Assembly: GCA_963716205.1 (NCBI GenBank)
Contig: OY970290.1
Coordinates: 584,823-648,822 of the forward strand
Length of the DNA stretch: 64,000 nucleotides
Source: an uncultured bacterium
GTDB taxonomy: Bacteria; Patescibacteriota; Minisyncoccia; Phycocordibacterales; GWA1-40-21
Direction of reading: 5' to 3'
Shown here: one piece after another, positions 51,875 through 62,734 of the stretch
How positions within the stretch are numbered: the stretch's first letter is position 1
Layout: each line of letters begins with the position of its first letter
Made by a program: the position numbers and the translations under genes
The notes under the pieces: model-generated
Databases searched by the model: none
What the model saw: the letters and a program-made list of their open reading frames with translations, nothing else
Told to the model about the DNA's origin: nothing

Positions 51875-51968
51875 GACCTTATAAATATATAAGGCCTCTA
51901 AGCATTAGAGTTTGACCTCGACCGGTCCTTTCGGATTATGGCTTTCGCCACCGGTTGTCTTTGGCCTT
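51875..51968 (-). promoter_or_regulatory. L10 leader (autoregulatory RNA)
   Basis: Reverse strand GGCCAAAGACAACCGG...CCGGTCGAGGTC, resembling the L10-leader kink-turn stem, upstream of rplJ. Confidence 0.7.
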
Positions 51969-52040
51969 AATGCAAGTATAGTAGCAAAAAATGAGGAAAA
52001 GTAAAGGAAATAAAAAACACCCTCTCGGGTGTTTTTTATC

Positions 52041-52892
52041 TTATTTCTCTCCCTTTGCTTTTCCGACTTTGCGTCTTGAAACAATGAGATAGTTTGAATA
52101 CTTTTTCGGGGTTCGGGACTTTTGTCCTTTGCCGACATGCTTTCCCCACTTGGTCTTGGCAAATCTCGTGCCTCGCGGATGTTTTCCTTCGCCGCCTCCG
52201 TACGGGTGATCCATCGGATTCATGACAGAGCCTCGGACAGTCGGTCTGATACCAAGCCATCGTGAGCGTCCGGCTTTACCGATATTGACGAGCCAGTTTT
52301 CGTCATTTGAGACGTTGCCAATACTTGCCCATGCGAGCTCCGGAACTTTTCTGATCTCGCTTGAGGGCATTTTGATATGCACATATCCGGCATCGTTTGC
52401 CACGATCTGCGCAAAACTTCCCGCTGAACGAACCATCTTTGCTCCGCCGCCGACTTTGAGCTCAATATTATAAACAAAGGTGCCGACAGGAATATTTTTC
52501 AAAGGCATTCTGTTGCCGACTTTGATTTCCGCTTTTTCAGAGGTGAGAAATGTCTCGCCGACTTTCATTCCCTTTGGCAAAAGCATGTATCTCTTTTCTC
52601 CGTCGGCATAATTTACGAGTCCGATAAAACCGGTTCGGTATGGATCATATTCAACGGTCATGATTTTTGCCGGAATATCTTTTTTGTCGTAAATAAAATC
52701 AATGTATCGGAACGCTTTTTTGTTGCCTGAACCCTGGTGCCGCATGGTGATCCTGCCGCGATTATTTCTGCCAGCCGCATTCTTTCTGCCTTTGGTCAAA
52801 GCTTTCAAAGGTTTTGACGCAGTCAAAACTCCGCGATACGTAACCGTGGACATGTTTCTTCGTGATGGTGATGTTGGTCTGTAAAATTTCAT
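52041..52892 (-). CDS. rplB: 50S ribosomal protein L2
   Basis: GRNNRGRIT, EYDPYR, RGSVMNPMDHPYGGGEG. Confidence 0.98.
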   Translation of the reverse strand: MKFYRPTSPSRRNMSTVTYRGVLTASKPLKALTKGRKNAAGRNNRGRITMRHQGSGNKKAFRYIDFIYDKKDIPAKIMTVEYDPYRTGFIGLVNYADGEKRYMLLPKGMKVGETFLTSEKAEIKVGNRMPLKNIPVGTFVYNIELKVGGGAKMVRSAGSFAQIVANDAGYVHIKMPSSEIRKVPELAWASIGNVSNDENWLVNIGKAGRSRWLGIRPTVRGSVMNPMDHPYGGGEGKHPRGTRFAKTKWGKHVGKGQKSRTPKKYSNYLIVSRRKVGKAKGEK

Positions 52893-52901
52893 GTTCGTAT
52901 T

Positions 52902-53192
52902 TTATATGAAAGCTATCTTATCTCCCTTTTTCAAAAAGACAAGCGCTTTTTTGACTGATGATTTGGTTCCGACCTTTCCGCGTCTCGTAATATTTTTTGC
53001 CGGAAGATTGACGACGTTGATTCTGATAGGGGTGACTTTGTAAAGCTGCTTGATCGCTTCCGCAATTGTTTTCTTTGTCGCGGCTTTCGTCACTTCAAAT
53101 GTATACACGTTTCGTGATTCCGCTGCGATGCCTGACTTTTCGGTTATCTTCGGCTTTTTGATGACTACCGTGCTAAAGTGTGAGTTTGTCAT
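52902..53192 (-). CDS. rplW: 50S ribosomal protein L23
   Basis: KPKITEKS, YTFEV, KKALVFL. Confidence 0.96.
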   Translation of the reverse strand: MTNSHFSTVVIKKPKITEKSGIAAESRNVYTFEVTKAATKKTIAEAIKQLYKVTPIRINVVNLPAKNITRRGKVGTKSSVKKALVFLKKGDKIAFI

Positions 53193-53196
53193 AATT

Positions 53197-53958
53197 TTAT
53201 TTGGCTTTTGCCATCTTATGCTCGATAAATTTGACCGACTCGGCCGGATTTTCGATGACCAAGTATTTCATATTGACCAAATCCACCGGATTGATGTTTC
53301 GCAATTCGTCCACAGTAATATTGCCGATATTTGCAAAACTTTTTTCCACGGCAAAATTCTTGGTTGATGTTTCGATAATCGCGCTGTTATTTTTCTTTGA
53401 AAGAATATCCGGGCAGGCTTTGATCGAACTCATTGATTTCAAAATCGCGACAGCATCCGATGTCTTTGGTTTGGCAATATCGAATTTGTCGATGAAAATC
53501 ACTTCGCCATCTTTGAACTTCTTTGAAAGAAGGACATAAAGCGCCTTGATCTTCATTTTTTTGTTAATCTTTTTGGAATAATTTTTCAAGCCGTTCGGGC
53601 CATGCGCAACGCCGCCGCCAACCCAGATTGGTGAGCGTGATGAGCCGTGCCGTGCGCGACCAGTGCCTTTTTGTTTCCACGGCTTCTTTCCTCCACCCCG
53701 AACATCGCCCCTGCCTTTTGTGTGAGCGTAGATGACTCTGCGGTCTGCGAGCATTGAGTAGACAACCTGGTGCACAAGATCGGCATTCCATGAAAGTCCG
53801 AAAACATTTCCCGGCAATTTGACCTCTCCGACTTCTTTGCCCTTTTGATTATAAACTGCTGCTGAAAGTTCTGCGGAAACTTTTGTCTCTTTTTTGAAAG
53901 TAGTTCTTTTCACTTTTTTCGGTGCGGATACTTTTTTTGTTTTTGTTGTTTTTTCCAT
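53197..53958 (-). CDS. rplD: 50S ribosomal protein L4
   Basis: GGGKKPWKQKGTGRARHGS. Confidence 0.98.
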   Translation of the reverse strand: MEKTTKTKKVSAPKKVKRTTFKKETKVSAELSAAVYNQKGKEVGEVKLPGNVFGLSWNADLVHQVVYSMLADRRVIYAHTKGRGDVRGGGKKPWKQKGTGRARHGSSRSPIWVGGGVAHGPNGLKNYSKKINKKMKIKALYVLLSKKFKDGEVIFIDKFDIAKPKTSDAVAILKSMSSIKACPDILSKKNNSAIIETSTKNFAVEKSFANIGNITVDELRNINPVDLVNMKYLVIENPAESVKFIEHKMAKAK

Positions 53959-53976
53959 AGTAGTATTTTTAAAATA

Positions 53977-54582
53977 TTATCCGCGCACTTCGACAAGTGT
54001 TCCCCGTCTTCCCGGGACTGCGCCGCCGATCAAAAGCTGATTGTTTTCTTGATCGACTCCAAGAACTTTCAAGTTTTTTACCGTGACTTTGTCTGCACCC
54101 ATTCTGCCTGCCATGCGCATGCCTTTCGGAACCATGTTTCTCAAACCTCCGGAAATAGATCCTGGAGCATTTTCGGAATGCTTCTGTCCGTGGCTTCGCG
54201 GCTGGCCTTCGAATCCGTGTCTTTTGATGACGCTCTGATATCCTTTTCCTTTTGAAATCGCGGAAACTTCGATCATATCGCCGACTTTGAATTCGGAAAG
54301 ATTGATGACATCGCCGATTTTAAATTTTGAAATATCGTCAATTCTGAATTCTTTGATGAATCTGGCATTGACACCTTTCAAGTGGCCTTTCAAAGGCATC
54401 GTGATATTTTTTTCTTTCTTTTGTCCGAATCCGACTTGTACCGCACTATAGCCATCCGTGTCTTTGGTTTTCAATTGAGTGACGGTCAAAGGACCCGCTG
54501 ACAAAATCGTCACCGGATGCACCTTACCCAACTCATCAAAAATTTGGGTCATATTCTGTTTTGTACCGAGTATAAATTTCAT
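53977..54582 (-). CDS. rplC: 50S ribosomal protein L3
   Basis: MTQIF, DGYSAVQ, SKGKGYQ, MAGRMG. Confidence 0.98.
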   Translation of the reverse strand: MKFILGTKQNMTQIFDELGKVHPVTILSAGPLTVTQLKTKDTDGYSAVQVGFGQKKEKNITMPLKGHLKGVNARFIKEFRIDDISKFKIGDVINLSEFKVGDMIEVSAISKGKGYQSVIKRHGFEGQPRSHGQKHSENAPGSISGGLRNMVPKGMRMAGRMGADKVTVKNLKVLGVDQENNQLLIGGAVPGRRGTLVEVRG

Positions 54583-54666
54583 GCTGTTGTAATTATTGGC
54601 AGAGGATCAGGCCGCAAGCAATATGAAAATCGCTCTTTGGCGGGATCATGCCCTCTTGTTGATAGT

Positions 54667-55065
54667 TTAATTCATCTTTACATCAATGTTCACACCGCTT
54701 GGCAGACTCATGTTGGTCAAAGCTTCGATCACTTTCGCAGAAGGATTGATGATATCAATCAATCTTCGGTGTATCCTCATCTCAAATTGTTCTCGCGCAT
54801 TTTTGTAGACGAATGACGCACGGTTGACTGTGTATTTTTTGATCTCCGTTGGAAGCGGTACCGGACCGATGACTTGCGCATCATGTCGGAGTGCCGTTTC
54901 GATAATCTGCTTTACTGAAGCGTCAAGGATTTTGCTGTCATACGCCCTGACTCGTATTCGTAGTATCGAGGAACTTTCGTTTTTGGTTGCTGTTTTCGGA
55001 ATCTTCAACTTTGTTGCTGTTGCAGATTTTGTCGTATTCTTTTTTATTGCTGTTTTTTCTGGCAT
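54667..55065 (-). CDS. rpsJ: 30S ribosomal protein S10 (NusE)
   Basis: LRIRVRAYD, GPVPLPT, REQFEMRIHRRLIDI. Confidence 0.98.
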   Translation of the reverse strand: MPEKTAIKKNTTKSATATKLKIPKTATKNESSSILRIRVRAYDSKILDASVKQIIETALRHDAQVIGPVPLPTEIKKYTVNRASFVYKNAREQFEMRIHRRLIDIINPSAKVIEALTNMSLPSGVNIDVKMN

Positions 55066-55113
55066 ACATTTGGCTTTTCGTCAGCAGAAACTTTTCTGCT
55101 TGAAAAGCTATTA

Positions 55114-56325
55114 TTAAGCAATAACTTTTGTGATAACTCCCGAACCGACGGTCTTGCCTCCTTCTCGGAAAGCAAATCTCATCTTATCTTCGAGAGCAAC
55201 CGGAGCAACAAGCTTCACTTTGAAAGTAACGGTATCTCCCGGCATAACCATTTCAACTCCCGGGTTCAAAGTAACATCGCCGGTAACATCGGTCGTTCTC
55301 ATATAGAACTGCGGTTTGTAGCCGGTAAAGAACGGCGTGTGTCGTCCGCCCTCTTCCTTTTTCAACACGTAGACTTCCGCTTCAAATTCGGTGTGGGGAA
55401 GAACGCTTCCCGGCTTCGCCAATACCTGTCCTCGGTGAACATCTTCTTTCTTGGTACCTCTCAAAAGAACACCGGCATTGTCACCAGCTTCTCCTCTCTG
55501 GAGCTGTTTGTTAAACATTTCTATACCAGTAACGGTTGTTTTGGTTGTTGGCTTGATGCCGACGATTTCACATTCTTCGCCGACCTTGACCGTTCCTCTT
55601 TCAATTCTTCCGGTAACGACAGTTCCTCTTCCTTCGATTGAGAAAATATCTTCGATCGGCATAAGAAATGGCTTATCAATGTCTCGGACTGGAAGCGGAA
55701 TGTATGTATCGAGAGCGTTCATAAGATCTGTAATGCATTTTGCATCTGGATCATCCGCGCTCTTGCAAGCCAAAGCTTTCGTGGCTGAACCCCGGATAAT
55801 AGGCGCGTTCGCACCGTCGTACTTGTATTTCGTCAAAAGCTCTCTGATTTCCGATTCAACAAGATCCAAAAGATCGTTGTCGGTAACGAGATCGCACTTA
55901 TTCAAGAAGACGACAATCTTTGGAACACCGACTTGATATGCCAAAAGAATGTGCTCTTTTGTCTGAGGCATCGGACCGTCAACTGCTGAAACCACGAGAA
56001 TAGCACCGTCCATTTGCGCGGCACCGGTGATCATGTTTTTGACGTAGTCGGCGTGTCCCGGGCAGTCTACGTGCGCATAGTGTCTTTTGTCGGATGAATA
56101 TTCGACGTGAGAAATCGCAATCGTGATAATCTTTGATGCATCTCTTCGTCCTGCTGACTCTGATGCTTTCGCAACGGAATCGTACGCGATATCATTTGCC
56201 AATCCCTTGAGGGACTGAACGTGAGTAATGGCCGCGGTAAGAGTTGTCTTTCCGTGGTCAATGTGACCAATAGTACCGACGTTTACGTGCGGCTTTGATC
56301 TATCAAACTGGGCTACTTCTGCCAT
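55114..56325 (-). CDS. tuf: elongation factor Tu
   Basis: [28 protein letters not shown]. Confidence 0.99.
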   Translation of the reverse strand: MAEVAQFDRSKPHVNVGTIGHIDHGKTTLTAAITHVQSLKGLANDIAYDSVAKASESAGRRDASKIITIAISHVEYSSDKRHYAHVDCPGHADYVKNMITGAAQMDGAILVVSAVDGPMPQTKEHILLAYQVGVPKIVVFLNKCDLVTDNDLLDLVESEIRELLTKYKYDGANAPIIRGSATKALACKSADDPDAKCITDLMNALDTYIPLPVRDIDKPFLMPIEDIFSIEGRGTVVTGRIERGTVKVGEECEIVGIKPTTKTTVTGIEMFNKQLQRGEAGDNAGVLLRGTKKEDVHRGQVLAKPGSVLPHTEFEAEVYVLKKEEGGRHTPFFTGYKPQFYMRTTDVTGDVTLNPGVEMVMPGDTVTFKVKLVAPVALEDKMRFAFREGGKTVGSGVITKVIA

Positions 56326-56578
56326 ATTTTGTTTGTGCTGATTTTCTCAATAGATTGCGCGAGAACGCTCTCTCTATTCAGGAAACCAACTGATTGATTA
56401 ATCCCATCATTCACTGAAACTGCTCAAGGCAAATTTCGGCGGACTGGGAGACTTATAAATTACGACTTGCAACTCTGATGTGCTTTTTTTTGATTTAATA
56501 GAAAATAAAAAAGCGCACAGCGTGTTTGGCAATAGTAGCAAAAGAAAAAGAAAGAGTCAACAGATGAACTGTTGTTTT

Positions 56579-58741
56579 TTACACTCTTTGCGTCGCTGTT
56601 CCTCTCGCTTCGATAATCGTCTTTGCCACATTTGGCGGTACGATGGCATAATGGTCAAATTCCATTGTTGCAGAAGCTCTGCCTTCGGTAAGAGACCTAA
56701 GTGTTGTAACGTATCCAAACATTTCCGCCAAAGGAACCATTGCTCGAATGACTTTATTCATGCCGCGATCAAACATTTCTGTTATCTGTCCTCTGCGTGA
56801 ATTGATCGAGCCGGAAACATCTCCCATGAATTTCTCCGGTGTAACGACTTCAACTTTCATCATCGGTTCAAGAATAACCGGCTTTGCACGTCTTGCCGCA
56901 TCTTGAAATGCCATTGAAGCGGCGATTTTGTATGCGAGCTCGGATGAGTCAACATCGTGATACGATCCGTATGTAAGCTCACAGGAAACATTTACTACGC
57001 GATAGCCGGCAAGAATTCCTCGCTCCATTGCTTCTTTCACGCCTTTTTCTACTGCGGGAATAAATTCCTGCGGAATAACACCTCCTTTGATGGAATCGAT
57101 AAATTCAAAATCTTCGGATCGATGAACATTTTTTGGAATTTTTTCTCCTTCCTCAATCGGCTCCATCGGCTTGATTTTGATGAGCACGTGTCCATACTGA
57201 CCTTTTCCTCCGGACTGTTTGATATATTTTTCCTCTTTTTCCGCTTCGCCGGTGATAGTTTCTTTGTAAGCAACCTGCGGCTTGCCGACATTCGCTTCAA
57301 CGCCGAATTCCCTTTTCATTCTGTCCACAAGAATTTCCAAGTGAAGTTCTCCCATGCCCGCCATAACGGTCTCACCTGTTTCTGAATCAGACTTGATTTT
57401 AAAAGTTGGATCTTCATCGGAAAGTTTTTTGAGGGCAAATCCCATTTTTTCCTGGTCGGCTTTTGTCTTCGGTTCGATTCGAAGAGTAATGACCGGCTCC
57501 GGAAATACGATTTGGTCCAAAATAATCGGATTCGCCTCGTCGCAGAATGTGTGCGACGTCTTTGCGGATTTCAAACCGACGGCTGCCGCAATTTCTCCGG
57601 CAAAAACCGTTTCCACATCTTCGCGGTCGTTGGCATGCATTCGCACGACTCTTCCCAATCTTTCTTTTTCTCCGGTCGTTGAATTATAAATATACGTTCC
57701 AGCGGAAATCGTTCCGGAATAAACTCGAAAATACGTGAGCTGTCCGACGAACGGATCGTTTTGCAATTTGAATGCAAGCGCACAGAATGGTTCCTCGTCT
57801 GATGCATGTCGCGTGACTTCTTCTCCAGTTTTCGGATTGATGCCTTTGACTGCCGGAATATCAAGCGGGCTTGGAAGATAATCCACAACAGCATCAAGCA
57901 TCAGCTGCGTGCCTTTATTTTTTAAAGCGGAACCGGTCATGACTGGCACAATGGTATTTTTGATTGTCGCTTTTCGCAAAACTCTCTTCAAATCCTCGAT
58001 TGCGATTTCTTTTCCTTCAAGATATTCATTCATCAACTTGTCATCTTCGCCAGCAATTTTTTCCACAAGCTCAAGGCGGTATTTTTTCGCTTCATCAAGC
58101 AAATCATTTGGAATTTCTTCTTCGCGAATCTTGTCGCCCATTTCGCCGTCAAAGTAATATGCTTTCATTTTCAAAAGATCAACAAGACCTTTGAATTCAC
58201 TTTCAGCACCGATCGGCAACTGCAATCTAACGGCATTTTTTGTAAGTCTTTCAAGAATAGACTGGTAGGATCGTTCAAAACTTCCTCCGGTTCTATCGAG
58301 TTTATTGATGAAACAAATTCTCGGCACTTGTCCTTCATCGGCATATCTCCAGTTCGTCTCTGACTGCGGTTCAACTCCGGCAACGCCGTCAAAAACAACG
58401 ACAGCTCCGTCGAGCACGCGAAGAGATCTTTTTACTTCGGCGGTAAAATCAATGTGTCCCGGCGTATCAATAATGTTGAATCTAACTTTTTTGCTCAAAT
58501 CCTCTTTCGGCATATAACTCGGATTCCAAAAACACGTAATAGCGGCAGATGTGATGGTGATGCCTCGTTCCCGCTCCTGTTCCATCCAGTCTGTCGTCGT
58601 ATCGCCTTCATGAACCTCGCCAATATTGTGCTGCGAGCCGGTATAATAGAGAATTCTTTCAGAAACCGTCGTCTTTCCAGCATCAATGTGCGCGATGATT
58701 CCGAAGTTCCTGACTTTTTCCAATGGATAATCTCGTTTCAT
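56579..58741 (-). CDS. fusA: elongation factor G
   Basis: [27 protein letters not shown]. Confidence 0.99.
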   Translation of the reverse strand: MKRDYPLEKVRNFGIIAHIDAGKTTVSERILYYTGSQHNIGEVHEGDTTTDWMEQERERGITITSAAITCFWNPSYMPKEDLSKKVRFNIIDTPGHIDFTAEVKRSLRVLDGAVVVFDGVAGVEPQSETNWRYADEGQVPRICFINKLDRTGGSFERSYQSILERLTKNAVRLQLPIGAESEFKGLVDLLKMKAYYFDGEMGDKIREEEIPNDLLDEAKKYRLELVEKIAGEDDKLMNEYLEGKEIAIEDLKRVLRKATIKNTIVPVMTGSALKNKGTQLMLDAVVDYLPSPLDIPAVKGINPKTGEEVTRHASDEEPFCALAFKLQNDPFVGQLTYFRVYSGTISAGTYIYNSTTGEKERLGRVVRMHANDREDVETVFAGEIAAAVGLKSAKTSHTFCDEANPIILDQIVFPEPVITLRIEPKTKADQEKMGFALKKLSDEDPTFKIKSDSETGETVMAGMGELHLEILVDRMKREFGVEANVGKPQVAYKETITGEAEKEEKYIKQSGGKGQYGHVLIKIKPMEPIEEGEKIPKNVHRSEDFEFIDSIKGGVIPQEFIPAVEKGVKEAMERGILAGYRVVNVSCELTYGSYHDVDSSELAYKIAASMAFQDAARRAKPVILEPMMKVEVVTPEKFMGDVSGSINSRRGQITEMFDRGMNKVIRAMVPLAEMFGYVTTLRSLTEGRASATMEFDHYAIVPPNVAKTIIEARGTATQRV

Positions 58742-58768
58742 TTTTTCAATTAAAAAAATAGTAATAAA

Positions 58769-59239
58769 TTACCAGGCAAAATGCGCAAATGCTTTGTTTG
58801 CTTCCGCCATTTTGTGCGTATTTTCCTTCTTTCGGACCGCATCGCCTTCATTTTTGGAAGCGGCAATAATCTCTGTCGCCAATTTTTCCGCAATTGGCGC
58901 GCCTTTCTTCGTTCTCGCAGCCTCAACAATCCATTTCATGGAAAGTGCGCTTCTTCGTGCGGGTCTGACCTCTACCGGCACCTGGTAATTTGCACCTCCG
59001 ACTCTTTTTGAGCGGATTTCCATATTCGGAGCGGTATTTGAAAGCGCAAGCTCGAAAATTTCAACCGGATTTTTGACTTTTGCTTTTTCTTTGATGATTT
59101 CAAGCATGTCATAGATATTTTTCTCGGCAACGCTTTTTTTGCCATCGTACATGATGTAATTCACGAGTTTAGTGATTTTTTCCGATTGATATTTGTAGTC
59201 TGGCTTTAACGCTTTTTTTGTTTTAAGTTTTCTTCTCAT
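58769..59239 (-). CDS. rpsG: 30S ribosomal protein S7
   Basis: RVGGANYQVP, HKMAEANKAFAH. Confidence 0.98.
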   Translation of the reverse strand: MRRKLKTKKALKPDYKYQSEKITKLVNYIMYDGKKSVAEKNIYDMLEIIKEKAKVKNPVEIFELALSNTAPNMEIRSKRVGGANYQVPVEVRPARRSALSMKWIVEAARTKKGAPIAEKLATEIIAASKNEGDAVRKKENTHKMAEANKAFAHFAW

Positions 59240-59257
59240 GGGATTTTGGTTAAAAAA

Positions 59258-59674
59258 TTATTTCGCTGCTTTCGGTTTCTTTGCACCGTATTGGCTGCGA
59301 CCTTTTCTTCGTCCTTCCGGAGCTGTAGCATCAAGCACACCTCGGACAATCGTATATCGAAGTCCCAAGTCTTTAACGCGTCCACCTCGCAAAAGTACAA
59401 CGGAGTGTTCCTGAAGTGTATGTCCCATTCCCGGAATGTATGCGGTGACTTCCATACCATTGGAAAGTCTGACCCTCGCGATCTTTCGGATGGCAGAGTT
59501 TGGTTTCTTCGGAGTTTTTGTCGTCACTTTGATACAGACGCCTCGCTTGAACGGCGAGTTCAGATATGTCGGGCGATTTTCAAGCGTATTAAAACCCTTG
59601 GTCAGGGCAACCGCCTTTACCTTTCGCTTGGCATTTTTTCTGTTTCTTTTTATTAATTGATTGATGGTTGGCAT
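59258..59674 (-). CDS. rpsL: 30S ribosomal protein S12
   Basis: [22 protein letters not shown]. Confidence 0.98.
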   Translation of the reverse strand: MPTINQLIKRNRKNAKRKVKAVALTKGFNTLENRPTYLNSPFKRGVCIKVTTKTPKKPNSAIRKIARVRLSNGMEVTAYIPGMGHTLQEHSVVLLRGGRVKDLGLRYTIVRGVLDATAPEGRRKGRSQYGAKKPKAAK

Positions 59675-59848
59675 GATTCGATTTATTTTTTAATTAGGCA
59701 AATATACAAACGCAAAAAGCTACAGAGATATTTTCACTTTAAAAAAGCAAAAATCCCCGCAACTCGTTTCAAAACATTCGCATACAGCCAGTAGCTAATG
59801 TCGCGGTTATACTAATATACTCTTTGAAAAATAGCAAGAATATTCTTT

Positions 59849-60460
59849 TTACATATGAATCCCCGTTAAAAGAAAAAACAAGGCTGAAATAATAGGTGTA
59901 ATAATTCCCGGCAGGAATATTATGAATAAAATAATAAGTATCAATCCGTATCGCTCGGCAACTTGCGAGAAAACAAATCGGTTGCCGATCGGAATGATGG
60001 AAAAAAGGACTTTGGAACCGTCAAGTGGAGGAATGGGAATAAGATTGAAGATCGCCAGTGCAATATTGATAAGAACAATAAAGGCAAAAATTGAAATAAG
60101 TAATACATTTGTTTGCGGAATAATGCGGATGAGGATTCCAAAAATAACGGCAACCAAAATATTTGAGAGCGGTCCGGCAAATGCCACGAGCGGCTCGGCG
60201 ATTTTGCGATTTCTTAAATTATAGACATTATACGGCACTGGTTTCGCCCAGCCGATCATAAAACCCGTGCCGCTGATATACAAAAGAAATGGCAAAATGA
60301 TCGAACCGAACCAATCAATATGTTTGAGAGGATTAAGCGTCAATCTGCCGGCGTATTCTGCGGTCCTATCGCCAAAAGAAAGTGCCATCAGTCCGTGAGA
60401 TATTTCATGGATCATGACAGAAAAAATCAGAATAAAAAGCTCAAGTATGATATTGATTTG
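59849..60460 (-). CDS. site-2 protease (M50)
   Basis: HEISH, AGPLSN, NLIPIPPLDG. Confidence 0.95.
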   Translation of the reverse strand, partial: QINIILELFILIFSVMIHEISHGLMALSFGDRTAEYAGRLTLNPLKHIDWFGSIILPFLLYISGTGFMIGWAKPVPYNVYNLRNRKIAEPLVAFAGPLSNILVAVIFGILIRIIPQTNVLLISIFAFIVLINIALAIFNLIPIPPLDGSKVLFSIIPIGNRFVFSQVAERYGLILIILFIIFLPGIITPIISALFFLLTGIHM

Positions 60461-60525
60461 CATAGATATTTGCCTGAAAAACATTTCTATGATAGCATAC
60501 GTGCTCACATTTCAACAATAATTTT

Positions 60526-60771
60526 ATGGCAAAAGTCTGTGCAATCACAAAAAAAAGTTCAATATTAGGTGCCGGATATTCCAACAGAACCCGTGCCACG
60601 CAGTTTAACCCTACCGGAAAAATCAGAAAATACATCAATCTTCAGAAAAAGAGGATTTATGTCCCTGAATTGAAGAAAACATTCGTCCTTACCCTTTCGA
60701 CGAGAGCTCTCAAAACAATCCAGAAAAACGGCGCTTTCGCCACGCTTTATAAAGCCGGAATTATAAAATAA
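60526..60771 (+). CDS. rpmB: 50S ribosomal protein L28
   Basis: MAKVCAITKK, NLQKKR, LSTRALKTI. Confidence 0.9.
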   Translation: MAKVCAITKKSSILGAGYSNRTRATQFNPTGKIRKYINLQKKRIYVPELKKTFVLTLSTRALKTIQKNGAFATLYKAGIIK

Positions 60772-60828
60772 ACTAAAACAAAAAGGCGGCTCGCGAGGAG
60801 AGCCGCCTTTTTGTTTTTAATTCAGCTA

Positions 60829-61260
60829 TTATTTCTTTGTTGTCGAAGTTGCGGTTGCCGCTGTCGACGTTGCCGGATTTTGCATAATAACCGGTCCGAC
60901 ATTCACAATCATATTTCTCGACGGAGAATATACGATTGCTTTGGCTGCTTTTTGATATACGAGCACCACATCGCCGTCTATCGCACCCGTATAAAATGCC
61001 TGCTGTTTGATAAGAGATGAGGCGTCGTTGATTGTAGCGATGACAGGCTGTTCACCGGTAGGAAGAATGACAAGCTTGCCAACTTTTGCAATGAGAGCAG
61101 CCATCTGAGCCTGATCTGTCTGAGCTGTTACTGCACTTTGACTTGTTGTTGAAGATCCATAAAAATGGTTCCATACCCACAAACCTCCAACTCCAATAAT
61201 GATACCAATAATAAGTCCAACAAAAACTGAACTGCCACCCTTTTTTACTTCGTCATCCAT
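60829..61260 (-). CDS. conserved membrane-anchored hypothetical protein
   Basis: TM, LPTGEQPVIATI, GDVVLVY..KAIVYSP. Confidence 0.75.
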   Translation of the reverse strand: MDDEVKKGGSSVFVGLIIGIIIGVGGLWVWNHFYGSSTTSQSAVTAQTDQAQMAALIAKVGKLVILPTGEQPVIATINDASSLIKQQAFYTGAIDGDVVLVYQKAAKAIVYSPSRNMIVNVGPVIMQNPATSTAATATSTTKK

Positions 61261-61571
61261 TTTTTTATTTTATTTAGTTGTTAATAATAACGAGCTTTAA
61301 AAAGCTTTGTACATGCATTATACAAATAATCCTAAAAATAAACAACTTGCCCTGTTTATTATTTGTTTCCTATTTTTTCCATCTGATGTAAAAACAATAT
61401 CGCCATTAATTATATGTTTCGATTGGCACAGTTTTGACATTCTCGAGCGAAGCAAGCGTTTCTGCATCCGGATATCCGTATGTATTATTTTTCACCGGAG
61501 AATTGTAGTATAAAAAAATCCCCACACCGTACTTATGGTGGGGGGATTGAACATCTTTGCACCTTTAATGC

Positions 61572-62093
61572 TTACTCTGATGCCTGGATGGGCAATTTCA
61601 ATAGCAGTTGCGATGAACCCGAACAATAAAGGCTGTTGCGACTGTCGAGGAATCTTCCGCGGTCATCATGTCTGAACACGATAACCCCGCCACGCCCCGG
61701 CATCACAATAAAAAAACTTTCTCCTTCCGGTTGATTATACTGACACGCAAGCTCAAGAACCTCACGGCGGGAATAAAATGAAAGACCAAGATCTTTCACT
61801 CGCTTGCACATTTCTTCTTCCGCATTCCCAAGCTGTTCAAAGGAAAAAATTACCGGCGTTGACCTCCCGAATGTTTTTCCAAAATCACCCAATACCGTGG
61901 AACTGGTTATCAGCTCTTCTTTGGCTATCGGACTCAGAGAAATTCCTTTCTGGTCTACCCGCTTAAGCAGATCTTCATGGCTCATCCGAAAAACTCTCAA
62001 AACTGGCAGTTTTTTTAGACACATCTTGAGCGGATCAGCCATCACCTTTCCAGAATTTTCTCTTTCAAGAACAGTATTGTCACTCGGTGTCAT
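61572..62093 (-). CDS. orphan protein resembling a degenerate CPR DGR-target family
   Basis: LGLSF..EVLEL..QYNQPEGESFFIVM...VFRHDDRGRFL; own promoter and terminator. Confidence 0.55.
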   Translation of the reverse strand: MTPSDNTVLERENSGKVMADPLKMCLKKLPVLRVFRMSHEDLLKRVDQKGISLSPIAKEELITSSTVLGDFGKTFGRSTPVIFSFEQLGNAEEEMCKRVKDLGLSFYSRREVLELACQYNQPEGESFFIVMPGRGGVIVFRHDDRGRFLDSRNSLYCSGSSQLLLKLPIQASE

Positions 62094-62187
62094 AAAATCT
62101 CACTTTCTCAATTGTATTTAACGGTTGTTCAGACAACCGCTTGCAACCCAACTAAAAAGAACTGGCGGAAATGATACAACTCTTATT

Positions 62188-62682
62188 TTATTTGTCAAAT
62201 ATTTTCACTTTGTAGCTGTTGATATCTCCGAAAAAAAGTTTCGGCTTCTCGCCATCGGCAAACATTGTCGCAATTTCGTCGCATCTCTCATTTCCCGGCA
62301 CTCCGGCATGTCCGGCGACATGATTCCATGTTATTTTTTTATCTTTTGCGGCTTCAATCAGCTCTTCCCACAGCTCGCGATTCAAGACCGGCTTCTTTGC
62401 GGAATTTTTCCAATTGTTTTTCTGCCAATTGTGAATCCATTCTGTCATCCCGAGAGTGATGTATGTCGAATCCGTATTGAGAATTATTTCTGTGTCGGAA
62501 TTTTTCACGGACTGCAATGCGAAAATCGCGCCGGAAAGTTCCATTTTATTATTTGTTGTATGTTTCTCACCTCTGCCCAGCTCGGTGACTTTTCCATGCC
62601 CATATACAATCGCACCCCAGCCGCCCGGCCCCGGATTGCCTCGCGATGAACCGTCACAGAAAATAATTATTTTATTTTGCAT
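62188..62682 (-). CDS. rnhA: ribonuclease HI
   Basis: DGSSRGNPGPGGWG, TNNKMEL, TDSTY, GHAGVPGNERCD. Confidence 0.96.
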   Translation of the reverse strand: MQNKIIIFCDGSSRGNPGPGGWGAIVYGHGKVTELGRGEKHTTNNKMELSGAIFALQSVKNSDTEIILNTDSTYITLGMTEWIHNWQKNNWKNSAKKPVLNRELWEELIEAAKDKKITWNHVAGHAGVPGNERCDEIATMFADGEKPKLFFGDINSYKVKIFDK

Positions 62683-62734
62683 TTTTTGTATAAATTATTT
62701 TTATATTATATCAGATTTGTGCTAAGATTTATTC

